Shown here: positions 1-9,694 of the stretch, in pieces
Numbering within the stretch: the first letter of the stretch is position 1
Layout: each line of letters starts with the position of its first letter
Assembly: GCA_021806165.1 (NCBI GenBank)
Contig: JAJZXY010000008.1
Location: forward strand, 11,334 to 75,333
DNA length: 64,000 nucleotides
DNA from: Thermoplasmata archaeon
Lineage (GTDB): Archaea > Thermoplasmatota > Thermoplasmata > Sysuiplasmatales > Sysuiplasmataceae
Direction of reading: 5' to 3'
Program-made: the position numbers and the translations under genes
The notes under the pieces: generated by a model
What the model saw: the letters and a program-made list of their open reading frames with translations, nothing else
Told to the model about the DNA's origin: nothing
Database searches by the model: none

Positions 1-680
1 CAACGAACACCGAGATACTCGAGTCCTCGTGGCTCGGGGAGAAGTTTCACCTACTGCTGGACACCGCAAAGGAGATTGGTGACGTCCAGGTAAGGAACAG
101 GGGCACGATTGGCGGGAATCTTGCCCAGGCGGATTCATCCACAGACTGGCCCGCAACCATGGTGGCGCTCAGGGCCAAGCTTGTATCCAAAGGGCCCAGG
201 GGAGAGAAGGTGCATGAAATTGACAGCTTCTATTCCGACCAGTATACTACCGCACTTGAGGCGGATGAGCTGCTCACCCATATCAGGATTCCCAAGCCCG
301 GCAGCTATTCTGCAGGTGCATCACATGTCAAGCTCGAAAGGAGAAAGGGGGATTATGCAATTGGCATTGTGAGCGCCCAGCTTGAGGTGGACGGAGATGG
401 AAAGGTAACGAGCGCTGGAATAGGCATAGGCGCAGTGGGCATCACTGCGGTCAGGGGAACAAAGGTCGAAGAGCTGCTGAACGGGAAGAAAGTCGACGAC
501 GCAGTCCTTGCAAGTGTGCCTGGGGCAGCAAGGGCTTCGCTGGAGGGATCGGACATACTCTCGGACATCAAGGCGCCTGCCGTGTACAGGCTTGATGTGA
601 TAGGCACGCTTGCGTCAAGATGTGTCGGGGAAGCATATCACATGGCAGTTTCAAGGAAATCAGCAAGGAGTGAGAGGTGA
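1..680 (+). CDS. Mo-hydroxylase FAD-binding medium subunit (CoxM/XdhB family), 5'-partial
   Basis: Frame 3 is open from the window edge ([44 protein letters not shown]...) with no start codon in the window. IGGNLA motif and CO-dehydrogenase-flavoprotein-like C-terminus. Directly followed by small and large subunit genes. Confidence 0.7.
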   Translation, partial: TNTEILESSWLGEKFHLLLDTAKEIGDVQVRNRGTIGGNLAQADSSTDWPATMVALRAKLVSKGPRGEKVHEIDSFYSDQYTTALEADELLTHIRIPKPGSYSAGASHVKLERRKGDYAIGIVSAQLEVDGDGKVTSAGIGIGAVGITAVRGTKVEELLNGKKVDDAVLASVPGAARASLEGSDILSDIKAPAVYRLDVIGTLASRCVGEAYHMAVSRKSARSER

Positions 681-1183
681 TTCAAATGTCGCGCATACAG
701 GCAATAGTAAACGGCAGAAAGGTTGAAGCTGACGTTGAGCCGAGGAAGCTGCTCATCGATTTCATCAGGGAGGATCTTGGTCTCACCGGACCGCATATAG
801 GCTGTGACACGAGCAACTGCGGCGCATGCACAGTCCTTTACAACGGCAGGGCGATAAAGTCATGCACGATGTTTGCCGTTCAGGCTGACGGCGCTGAAAT
901 ACTCACGATAGAGGGCGTTTCCACGGACGGCAAGCTGCATCCCCTGCAGCAGGCATTCCATGAAAACCATGCACTTCAGTGCGGCTACTGCACGCCCGGT
1001 ATGATAATGTCATCCATAGACCTCCTTACAAGGAACCCCAACCCCACGGAGGAGGAAATCCGCCTGGGAATTTCGGGCAACCTCTGCAGGTGCACCGGCT
1101 ACCACAACATAGTGAAGGCAATTTCCAGCGTGGCGAAGTCCCATATCTTCGTAAGCCCGCTGAAGAAGGCGAAGGAGGAGTGA
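677..1183 (+). CDS. Mo-hydroxylase [2Fe-2S] small subunit (CoxS family)
   Basis: 168 aa with two Cys clusters ([11 protein letters not shown]; CGYCTPG...CRCTGY) typical of the 2Fe-2S subunit. GTG at 677 or ATG at 686. Overlaps the upstream stop by 4 nt. GGAG-like RBS. Confidence 0.8.
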   Translation: MIQMSRIQAIVNGRKVEADVEPRKLLIDFIREDLGLTGPHIGCDTSNCGACTVLYNGRAIKSCTMFAVQADGAEILTIEGVSTDGKLHPLQQAFHENHALQCGYCTPGMIMSSIDLLTRNPNPTEEEIRLGISGNLCRCTGYHNIVKAISSVAKSHIFVSPLKKAKEE

Positions 1184-1185
1184 AG

Positions 1186-3606
1186 ATGACCGAGTCTGTC
1201 ACCCTTCACAGGGAGGAGACAAAGAATGTCAAGTGGGTCGGCAGCAGGTATCCAAGGAAGGAGGACTTGCGTTTCGTCACAGGCAACGGGATGTATGCTT
1301 CGGACATACGCATTCCAGGCCTGGCGCACGTGGCAATTGCGCGCAGCCCTTATGCAAGTGCGAAGATAAAGGGAATTGACAAGAGCAAGGCGCTTGAAGT
1401 TCCGGGCGTCGTTGCAGTCTTCACAGGCGAGGAGATCGTTGCAGAACTCGATCCTCTCCCCAACCTGCTTCCGTCCCCGTATGACAAGGTCAAGGATTAC
1501 GGGATTGCCGTCGACCGGGTGCGCTATGCAGGTGAGCCCATAGCTGTCGTGGTTGCGGAGAGCAACTATGCGGCATGGGACGCCGTGGAGCAGCTCGAGG
1601 TCGACTATGAACCACTGTCCCCAGTCCTGACAGCGAAGTCAGGGTGCGAGAAGGGCGCCCCCCTGGTCCATGAGAACGTTCCCACAAACGTTGTCTGGCA
1701 GAGAAAATTCACCTACGGGGACGTTGATGAGGTGTTCAAGACAGCTGATCTTGTGGTATCCAAGAAATTCAAGTGGCACAGGTTCACCTCCGCTCCACTT
1801 GAACCGAATGTTGTCGTGGTGGATTATGACAAGAGGCATGTGATATTCAACATCTGGAGCAACAACCAGCGCCCGGCGTTCAACCAGGCCGCCATTGCAA
1901 AAGCCCTCCGCATTGATGCAAACAGGCTTCACTTCATAAGCCCCGACATAGGCGGCGGGTTCGGAATCAAGAACGAGAATTACCCGTACATCATACTGCT
2001 GGCAGTTGCGGCAAGAAGGATAGGCAGGCCCGTTAGGTGGATAGAGACGAGGACGGAGCACATGGTCGCCTCCGCTCACGGCAGCGAGATCAACTACGAA
2101 GGGGAGATGGCCTTCTCCAGAGATGGCAAAATACTCGGATTGCGCGCCAAGGCATACCATGATGAGGGGGCGTACATGAGGAGGGAGCCCATCGCGGCAT
2201 TCAACTTCATCAGGCACGCCACGCTGACATACACCTTCAGGAACCTGGAGATGGACATTTATGCGGTAGTCACCAACAAGTGCCCAGTCGGCCCGAACAG
2301 GTCCTACGGGAAGATGCAGCAGGGTTTCCTTGTTGAGCGCCTCCTTGAACTTGGCGCCAAGAAGCTTGGCATCGACCCCATAGAGATCAGGCTCAGGAAT
2401 TTCGTTTCCTCGGAGCAGATGCCATATGAGACTCCAACGGGCGCCATACTTGACGGCGGCGACTATTCGAGAGCCCTGAAGAAGGTCCTGGAGAATATGG
2501 ACTACGCTGCCCTTGTAAAGGAGCGAGACAGGCTGAGGAGTGAGGGAAAGCTAGCCGGCGTGGGAATTTCGATGGGGATGGACGCCTGCCCCATAAACTT
2601 CTCCTCAAACAGGCTGATCAACCCCAAGTCGACCGCTTCAGGTGAAAGCGAGGCGGCCTGGGTCAAGATAGATGAGGATGGGAACATCTCGGCCGCCGTG
2701 GGCACATCACCGCAGGGCCATGGACATGAGACAGTCGTGTCGCAGATTGTTGCCGACGTCCTGGGTGTCCACCCGGAGCAAGTTTATGCCCTCCCAGGTT
2801 TTGATTCGTGGACGCACCCGTCAACCCCGCATTCAGGCACATACGCAAGCCGATTCGCCATAGCAGGCGCCTCGGCAGTCAACGAGGCCGCAAGAAGGGT
2901 AAGGGGGAAGGTCCTGCGAATCGCAGCATTTGCGCTGAAGGAGGATGTGGAGAACCTTGAGCTTGCCGACGGCAGCGTCGTTTCCACGAAGGGAAAGGGA
3001 AAGGTGCCGCTGAAGGAAGTGGCGAGGCTGGCATGGAGGGATCTTGCGAATCTCCCCGAGGATGAGGAGCCGGGTCTCTACTCCAATGTCATCTACAAGA
3101 CACCGTTCAAGCTCCCGATTGACAGCCAGAGGGGCAACTTCTCGCTGACATACAGCTACAGCGCCTGCGTGGTACTGCTTGAAATCGACCCGGGTACGGG
3201 TGTTTCCAGGGTGAAGCGCGTCGGAATTGTGGAGGACGCGGGCAACCAGATCAACCCGCTGATTGTCGAAGGGCAGGTCCATGGGCAGATGGGACACCAG
3301 CTTGGTGCCGCCCTCTACGAGGATCTGGTCTATGACGAGGCTGGCCAGCTGCTGACAGCGACATTCAAAGACTACCTTGCACCGACAGCCTCAGACCTTC
3401 CATCGTACGAGACAGGTTCCATAGTCGTCCCCTCGCTGTTCACACCCCTGGGAACGAGGGGCACGGGTGAGGGCGGCGGTGCGCCACTGATCGCCTGCGC
3501 GAATGCAATGGATGACGCCCTCCTCCCACTGGGTGTGGAATACGACAGCTCCTACCTGAGCCCGATAAAGATAAGGGAGCTTGTGAAAAGCGCATCCGGG
3601 AAGTAG
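1186..3606 (+). CDS. Mo-hydroxylase molybdopterin-binding large subunit (CoxL/XdhA aldehyde-oxidase family)
   Basis: The ORF track fuses it with an upstream frame. Real start is ATG 1186 (MTESVTLHREE...), 3 nt after the coxS stop, preceded by GGAGGAG. N-terminus RKEDLRFVTGNGMYASD; GGGFG(I/Q)K Mo-cofactor motif. 806 aa. Confidence 0.85.
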   Translation: MTESVTLHREETKNVKWVGSRYPRKEDLRFVTGNGMYASDIRIPGLAHVAIARSPYASAKIKGIDKSKALEVPGVVAVFTGEEIVAELDPLPNLLPSPYDKVKDYGIAVDRVRYAGEPIAVVVAESNYAAWDAVEQLEVDYEPLSPVLTAKSGCEKGAPLVHENVPTNVVWQRKFTYGDVDEVFKTADLVVSKKFKWHRFTSAPLEPNVVVVDYDKRHVIFNIWSNNQRPAFNQAAIAKALRIDANRLHFISPDIGGGFGIKNENYPYIILLAVAARRIGRPVRWIETRTEHMVASAHGSEINYEGEMAFSRDGKILGLRAKAYHDEGAYMRREPIAAFNFIRHATLTYTFRNLEMDIYAVVTNKCPVGPNRSYGKMQQGFLVERLLELGAKKLGIDPIEIRLRNFVSSEQMPYETPTGAILDGGDYSRALKKVLENMDYAALVKERDRLRSEGKLAGVGISMGMDACPINFSSNRLINPKSTASGESEAAWVKIDEDGNISAAVGTSPQGHGHETVVSQIVADVLGVHPEQVYALPGFDSWTHPSTPHSGTYASRFAIAGASAVNEAARRVRGKVLRIAAFALKEDVENLELADGSVVSTKGKGKVPLKEVARLAWRDLANLPEDEEPGLYSNVIYKTPFKLPIDSQRGNFSLTYSYSACVVLLEIDPGTGVSRVKRVGIVEDAGNQINPLIVEGQVHGQMGHQLGAALYEDLVYDEAGQLLTATFKDYLAPTASDLPSYETGSIVVPSLFTPLGTRGTGEGGGAPLIACANAMDDALLPLGVEYDSSYLSPIKIRELVKSASGK

Positions 3607-3639
3607 AAAGAAGGCGGGATGGACGGATTGCCATAAGGA

Positions 3640-4122
3640 GTGATACAAATGGATATAGAAGGCAGCTTCGTGCTGCAGGGATCACCTGAGAGGGTGTACG
3701 GCTACCTTGTGGACCCCGGGTTCATAGGGGACCACCTCGCAGACGTCGAGAACGTCGAAGTCATTGACAATGACAATTTCAACGTCAGGGCAAAGGTGGG
3801 AATAGGCTTCATGAAGGGGAAGGTGGATTTCAAGTTCCACTTCGATGAGAAGGTTGCCCCGAAGAGCGGGAAGCTGGTGGGGAACGGCACGGGTCTTGGC
3901 AGCAAGGTCGACGTAACAATACTCTTCACCCTTGCCGACGGCGGTGAATCCACAACCATCGGATGGAAATCGCATGCAAGCCTCAGCGGGAAAATTGCCT
4001 CCATTGCGGGCGGCGCCCTGCAGTCTGTTGTGAAAAAGAACACCCAGAGGTTCATCGAGTCGATAAAGCAGGGCATTGATGCCGAACTCTCTGCAGCAGG
4101 CGCGGCGGCCGGCCGCAGCTGA
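3640..4122 (+). CDS. CoxG-like SRPBCC-fold protein
   Basis: 160 aa, SRPBCC/CoxG-like pattern, positioned immediately after coxL as in cox clusters. Confidence 0.6.
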   Translation: MIQMDIEGSFVLQGSPERVYGYLVDPGFIGDHLADVENVEVIDNDNFNVRAKVGIGFMKGKVDFKFHFDEKVAPKSGKLVGNGTGLGSKVDVTILFTLADGGESTTIGWKSHASLSGKIASIAGGALQSVVKKNTQRFIESIKQGIDAELSAAGAAAGRS

Positions 4123-4149
4123 AGGGGCCTGCCTGCCTGAGGTGAGAAA

Positions 4150-5064
4150 ATGGCAAGAAAGATGAACCTTCCGGGGATAATCGTTCCCCCCCTGACGCCC
4201 TTTGATTCACAGCTGAATGTCGACTACGACGCTCTCAGGCGGGAGGTCGACTATGTCGTTGAGGACTGCCACGCGGATGCAATCAGCGTTGCGGCTGTCG
4301 AGACGCAGGAGTACCAGTACCTTGACATGGAAGAGAGGGAGGAGCTAATCCGCAGGACCGCGGAGTACGCGGACGGCAGATGCTATGTCATAGTTGGCAT
4401 CTCCCACCCTTCGCTGTCGTCGGTCAGGAAGCTAACGGACCTCGCCGTGGAAGTGGGTGCAGATGCGGTCCAGCTGCTTGCTCCCAACCGCCCCTTCGGG
4501 GGGAAACCGACGCAGGCGGAAATAGTATCATACTTCAGGGCCGCCGCAGAGTATTCCAAGCTCCCCATGGTCGCCTACCACAATCCGGGCCCCGGTGCCG
4601 AGGTAAGCCCTGAAACCATGGTGGAGCTGGCCGGGATTGAGCGGGTGGAGTTCTTCAAGGAGAGCTCCAGGGACATGAAGCGCGTCGGCAGGCTGATACA
4701 GGAGATAGACGTGGCCGGCCTCGGCAGATACCTCACAACGATGGAGGTGCTGCTTCCAACGCTGCTTCTGGGCGGCTCGGGAGGAACAATGCCACCGCCA
4801 GCAGCATCGATAGGCCATGAGATGGTCGAGGCTGTCAGGGAGGGTGACATGAAGCGGGCTATCGAGGCCCAGAGGAGGTTCTTCCACTTCCCGGGACGGT
4901 GGAGCCCCTACGGGCTCGCACCTCTGATGAAGTTCGCCCTGAAGCGCATCGGGCTCGACATAGGCCAGCCCTATCCACCGTTCCAGCCCATATCGACTAA
5001 GGACGAGGCAGAGCTGTCCGCCGCGGTGGACGGGGCCTCCTTTGCAAAACCGGGACAGCGCTGA
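4150..5064 (+). CDS. DHDPS/NAL-family class I aldolase (possible 2-keto-3-deoxy-sugar-acid aldolase)
   Basis: N-terminus GIIVPPLTPF and overall dihydrodipicolinate-synthase-family pattern. 304 aa. Confidence 0.6.
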   Translation: MARKMNLPGIIVPPLTPFDSQLNVDYDALRREVDYVVEDCHADAISVAAVETQEYQYLDMEEREELIRRTAEYADGRCYVIVGISHPSLSSVRKLTDLAVEVGADAVQLLAPNRPFGGKPTQAEIVSYFRAAAEYSKLPMVAYHNPGPGAEVSPETMVELAGIERVEFFKESSRDMKRVGRLIQEIDVAGLGRYLTTMEVLLPTLLLGGSGGTMPPPAASIGHEMVEAVREGDMKRAIEAQRRFFHFPGRWSPYGLAPLMKFALKRIGLDIGQPYPPFQPISTKDEAELSAAVDGASFAKPGQR

Positions 5065-5101
5065 GCGCTGCAAACTTTTTTGTTGAGGGGAAAGGACATT
5101 T

Positions 5102-5515
5102 TCAGCTCCTATCGCCCGACTCCCTGAATTCACTTATTGCCTGCCTTGCAACCTTGAACGCCTCGACTCCGGCCGGGACGCCGCAATAGATGGTGGCCTG
5201 CATCAGGACCTCCCTGATCTCTTCTTCGGTGCAGCCGTTCCTGAGGGCTCCCTTCACATGGATCTTCAGCTCGCTTGCCCTGTTGAGGGCCGTCAGCATT
5301 GCCAGGTTTATCATGCTGCGCTCCCTCCTTTCCAGCCCGGGCCTGGACCAGATGCTCCCCCAGCAGTACTCTGTTACAAGCTCCTGAAACGGCTTTGCAA
5401 ATTCCGTCACTCCAGCCATTGCCGCCCTGACATACTCTTCCCCCAGAACCTCCTTCCTGATTCTCAGGCCAGTATCCAGCAGGCTCTTCCCTTCCCTTGA
5501 CTCTTCTTCACTCAT
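5102..5515 (-). CDS. Carboxymuconolactone decarboxylase (CMD/AhpD-like) family protein
   Basis: 137 aa; ...HVKGALRNGCTEEEIREVLMQATIYCGVPAG... matches the CMD family signature region. Confidence 0.6.
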   Translation of the reverse strand: MSEEESREGKSLLDTGLRIRKEVLGEEYVRAAMAGVTEFAKPFQELVTEYCWGSIWSRPGLERRERSMINLAMLTALNRASELKIHVKGALRNGCTEEEIREVLMQATIYCGVPAGVEAFKVARQAISEFRESGDRS

Positions 5516-5576
5516 TTGAACGCCCGACCCTTATCCCGAAGCCGACTATTTTACAGTGGTGAAAGACAGCCCGGAT

Positions 5577-7079
5577 TCAGGCGCCGTCCTTCCTGAGAAT
5601 GCCGTTTCCCAGTCTGTCAAGCTGGAAGGTCCATCCAGGTGAGATAACTATGTTCGTGTCATCCCCCTCTGTGACTGCAAGGCCCGGGATCGTATTGCAG
5701 CTCTTCAGCTTCGCCCTGTCGTAGATCGGTGTTTTCACATCGCCTAGGGCATCATTCCAGTAGACCTCCCTCACACCCTTCAGCGCTCCTGAAGGGTCCT
5801 CGGTCATCGAATCCTCAGACTTGAACTCCGCAGTCTCCACAGGTACGCTTGCCTTCAGTGTGAAATGCTCTATGTCAACGCCGTTCTGCGGCACCGCAGA
5901 CAGGGAGCTGAAGGTCTCGATGTACTCTTTCTCGAAAGCATCGTACAGCTGCCTGCAGTCATCGCTGTTCTTCAGCTCCAGCCGCGGGCTCGTCACCCTC
6001 CTCACATTTATCTGACCGCCATACCTAATTTCAAGGTCCAGCGTGAATCTCATCTGGCTCTCCCCGAACCCTTCACCTGTTATGTCCCTCACGGCCTTCT
6101 GCTTCAGCGACTCCACTATGCCGTTGAATTCGTCAAAGCTGCTGAAGTACTTCCCGTCAGTCTCGAGCAGCGTGAAGTGCTTCGGCTGCTCGTAAAGGTG
6201 GAGTATATCCATGGTTGAGGAGCCGAATGCGCAGAAGACTGCAGATTAGGGGAATGTAGCGACCAGCGGGATCTTCGCCGCCTCTGCAAAACCGCAGGCA
6301 TGCGTCGGGCCGCCTCCGCCACAGGCAAACATGATGAACTCCCTCGGGTCGAGACCGGTAAGCGCTATCTCCTTGTAGATGGTGATTCCCATATGCTCGT
6401 CCACAATCCTCTTGATAAGGTGCCCCGCGCTCTCCACCGAAATGCCAAGCGTGTCGGCGATCTTCTTCTTTATGGCCGCATATGCCTTCTTCGCATCAGG
6501 CTTCTTCCTCCCACCGAGGAAGCAGTCGGGGTCGACCATTCCCAGCATGACATAAGCATCTGAGACAGTGGGCTCCTCACCGCCAGGGCCGAAAGAGGCA
6601 GGTCCGGGTATGGAGCCTGCGCATTCGGGGCCACTGAAAGACCCTTTCCATCTGTCCTTGCGATTGAACCGCCACCTGCTCCAAACGTGTGTATCTTAAG
6701 CAGTGGAAGGTCTACTGGAATGGATGAAATCTTGCTCCTCTCATCATAAGTGACTCCCGTCACTGAGTTTACCGATGTCGGTGTTTGTCACTCCTACTTC
6801 CATCGTCAGCACATTTTTCACGGAACGGCCGTGAGCCATGAAGGAAGAATCGTAAATGCCTCCTGCCGGGCCCGAGTTGTACGTGTCAATAGCCCTTGCC
6901 TTTGCCACTCTGGCCACGCCTCCGTCGCCGTGGCCTATCAGCAGCTGTATTGCCAGACCCGAGCTTCTGAGCTGGTCTCCGACACTGTAAAGACCTGATA
7001 GCACCTGCAGGAAGCTGAGCGGGATCGCCTGAACGATGCGCAGCAGGCGTGTCGCTGCCGGCATCGGCTGCGCCAGCAA
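5577..7079 (-). pseudogene. Hydantoinase/oxoprolinase A-subunit (HyuA family) gene fragmented by frameshifts
   Basis: Four overlapping minus-strand ORFs in different frames (5577-6212, 6246-6548, 6470-6763, 6744-7079) each carry consecutive HyuA-like segments (e.g. FGAGGGSIA..., ...ACGGGGPTHACGFAEAAKIP...). Summed length is about 520 aa against about 680 aa expected. Confidence 0.55.
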
Positions 7080-7288
7080 TATTTTTCCATTACTGGGCGT
7101 ACTTCACCGGTTTTCTTGACCACGGCCGTTTCCTTTCTTTCTTTATGGAAAACAATAAGCGGATAAAAGGAAGTATGGGAAAAAGATACACTTAAAAGTG
7201 GTGCATTGAGGCGTAAAGCTGTCCGACATGTTGAATTTACCATGAAAAAAAGTTAATAAGGGAAGAGCATTTTCGGTGCAATGAATTT

Positions 7289-8644
7289 TTGCAGGGGGTA
7301 ATGGCCACGTCTACTGCAGTCGTTAATCAATCTGAGCCGTTTCAGCACGTCACGCGAAGGGACCTCGCGAAAATAACGGTGGGTTCGACATTCGGAACAA
7401 TTATGGAGTGGTACGATTTCTTCCTCGCGGCTCTTGCAGCCACGACGGTGTGGCCACACCTGTTCTTCCCTACGCTTAACCCGGCAGTGGGACTCGCTGC
7501 CGCTGCAGCTGCCTACGCCATAACCTACTTCACCAGGCCGATTGGCGCTTACATCTTCGGTCACTACGGCGATCGTTTGGGGAGAAGAACGATGCTTGTC
7601 TGGACGCTCATGATAATGGGTGGTGCCATGACAGGAATTGCGGTGCTTCCGATTTATGATTCAATAGGCATACTCGCACCGGCTCTTCTCATCCTGTTCA
7701 GGCTTGTAATTGGAATAGGTGTGGGAGGCGAATGGGGAGGTGCTGCAACCTGGGTTATTGAATTTGCGGCAAAGTCGAAGCGCAGGGGATTCTGGGAAGG
7801 CTGGGTCATGTCTGCCACCCCGGGCGGTCTCGCGCTTGCTGTCGGCATATTCACTCTGATAAGGATATACTCGCCAACAACTCTCTTCTTCGTAGACTAC
7901 GGATGGAGGATTGCGTTTGCGATAGGCGCCATCCTTCTCGTGGTCGGTGTCATTGTCAGGTACAGGCTCTCCGAGAGCCCGATATTCGATGAGCAGAGAA
8001 AGAGGGGTGCGCTGATGAGGTCTCCCGCAACTGACGTGCTGAAAAAGCACTGGGGAGCAATCATACTGCTCGGACTTTCATGGGCCTTTGTCATAGCGCT
8101 CACATCCGGCCTCGTGATTGATACGGCCATTCCTCTGTTCCTGGCAATGAAGGTGCCTCTGACCTTTGTCGATATAACTGTATTCGGAGCTTCGATAGCT
8201 GCCGTCATCGGCTCAGTTGTTGGAGGTGTCATAGGCGATAGGATAGGGAATAAGAGGACTCTCATTGTCTCTGCCGTACTTTCAATACTGTTCACATATC
8301 CGTACTTCGTGATAGTCCGGACAGGCAACCATTCACTGATGATCATAGCAATGGCGATCATATTGTTCCTGCCATTCCTGGGATTCGGAGTCCTCGGAAG
8401 ATGGTTTACCGAGTATTTCGAAGCCAAGTACAGGTACTCGGGAGCTGGAATGTCGTACCAGCTAGGTGCAGTATTCGGTTCGCTGCCCACCGTTGCACCA
8501 ACATTGCTCGCAATAGCCTACGGCGGCTATCTCAAGGCATGGCCATATATCGCTGTGCTGATGATTGCCACATCCGTGATATCGATAGCGGCTGCGCTTG
8601 CATCAAAGGAATTCGTCAGGCTGGAGCATGCGGACGACTCGTAG
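7289..8644 (+). CDS. MFS transporter (metabolite:H+ symporter-like)
   Basis: 451 aa, about 12 predicted TM helices, MFS motifs (GHYGDRLGRR after TM2). Confidence 0.75.
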   Translation: MQGVMATSTAVVNQSEPFQHVTRRDLAKITVGSTFGTIMEWYDFFLAALAATTVWPHLFFPTLNPAVGLAAAAAAYAITYFTRPIGAYIFGHYGDRLGRRTMLVWTLMIMGGAMTGIAVLPIYDSIGILAPALLILFRLVIGIGVGGEWGGAATWVIEFAAKSKRRGFWEGWVMSATPGGLALAVGIFTLIRIYSPTTLFFVDYGWRIAFAIGAILLVVGVIVRYRLSESPIFDEQRKRGALMRSPATDVLKKHWGAIILLGLSWAFVIALTSGLVIDTAIPLFLAMKVPLTFVDITVFGASIAAVIGSVVGGVIGDRIGNKRTLIVSAVLSILFTYPYFVIVRTGNHSLMIIAMAIILFLPFLGFGVLGRWFTEYFEAKYRYSGAGMSYQLGAVFGSLPTVAPTLLAIAYGGYLKAWPYIAVLMIATSVISIAAALASKEFVRLEHADDS

Positions 8645-8845
8645 ATTCTGTCAACAAAGGAAGGGGGATCGTCTGCCGAGAAACAGTGAGAGCACGGCGG
8701 AATCGGGTCAAGGCCTGCAAACTGCTCTCGCGTGTAGCAGTCATGCAGCTGTGCCATCCCTCGAAACCATTACGGAAGTCAGAAGTTGCGGTGGAGTTCC
8801 AGGGTTGATGTTATGAAGGGTGCTGAAGGGAAGAAGGGGAAGGAG

Positions 8846-9628
8846 ATGTCATTCTCATTCTTCAGGCTCGCAGATAGGGAGCAGAAGCCAAGATCGCGGG
8901 GACTGACGGAAATAAGGGATATGGGTCTGAGCCTCAGGCAGCTCGACGACCTCTTCGAGATGTCTTCAGACTATATCGACATACTGAAGATGTCGAGCGG
9001 CACGCAGAGGCTGACAGACCGCGAGATTGTCAGGAAGAAGATCAGGAAATGCCACGACAACGGAATCGAGGTGTCCACAGGCGGATTTCTAGAGCGCGTC
9101 CTTCTTCAGGGCGGCCATGCCGTTGACAGGTTTCTTGATGAGGCAAGGAGCCTGGAATATGACGTTGTCGAGATTTCAAACGGGATGGCTATCCTTTCAC
9201 TCGCCGACAGGATCAGGCTCGTAAAGCGCGTCGCCAGGGAAGGATTCAAGACCAAGCCAGAGGTTGCCCAGGCATACGGCTTAAGCGCCGGGGAGAAGGT
9301 TGAAGTCCATTCATCCGGGTTCATTTCCGAAATTCGTTCACTTCTCGAAAGCGGCGCATGGATGGTTATGATAGAGTCGGAGGGGCTGACCGAGAACGTC
9401 AGCGAGTGGAATACGAAGGTGATCCGGGATATTGCTGCCTCCGCTGACACAGGGAGGCTGATGTTCGAAGCTGCCGACGTAGAGGTTTTTGACTGGTACA
9501 TCAGGACATTCGGGCCGGACATCAACCTCTATATCGACTGGAGTCAGGTCAATGCGCTGGAAATGGTAAGGACAGGTCTGTGGGGAAAAAGGTTCTCCTG
9601 GGGCAGGGTTGCCTCCTACAGGGAGTGA
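8846..9628 (+). CDS. comA: (2R)-phospho-3-sulfolactate synthase (ComA) family protein
   Basis: Recalled similarity to the methanogen ComA pattern (KPRSRGLTE..., GGFLER, VEISNG, LMFEAA, EMVRTGLWG). Best start is ATG 8846 (MSFSFF...) with GGAGATG RBS, inside the longer track ORF 8786-9628. Confidence 0.65.
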   Translation: MSFSFFRLADREQKPRSRGLTEIRDMGLSLRQLDDLFEMSSDYIDILKMSSGTQRLTDREIVRKKIRKCHDNGIEVSTGGFLERVLLQGGHAVDRFLDEARSLEYDVVEISNGMAILSLADRIRLVKRVAREGFKTKPEVAQAYGLSAGEKVEVHSSGFISEIRSLLESGAWMVMIESEGLTENVSEWNTKVIRDIAASADTGRLMFEAADVEVFDWYIRTFGPDINLYIDWSQVNALEMVRTGLWGKRFSWGRVASYRE

Positions 9629-9694
9629 TCCTTCCGGTTCATCTGTCGACAGCCTGACCGCAGGGAAAAGAAAAACATACAAACAGGTTCCATT

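Noticed and set aside
1639-2217. 192-aa minus-strand ORF inside coxL, plus similar ORFs inside the dpp genes (22478-22960, 23484-23915)
   Set aside because: Shadow ORFs opposite well-supported genes.
4528-5133. 201-aa minus-strand ORF
   Set aside because: Antisense to the DHDPS-family gene; Arg/Pro-rich shadow.
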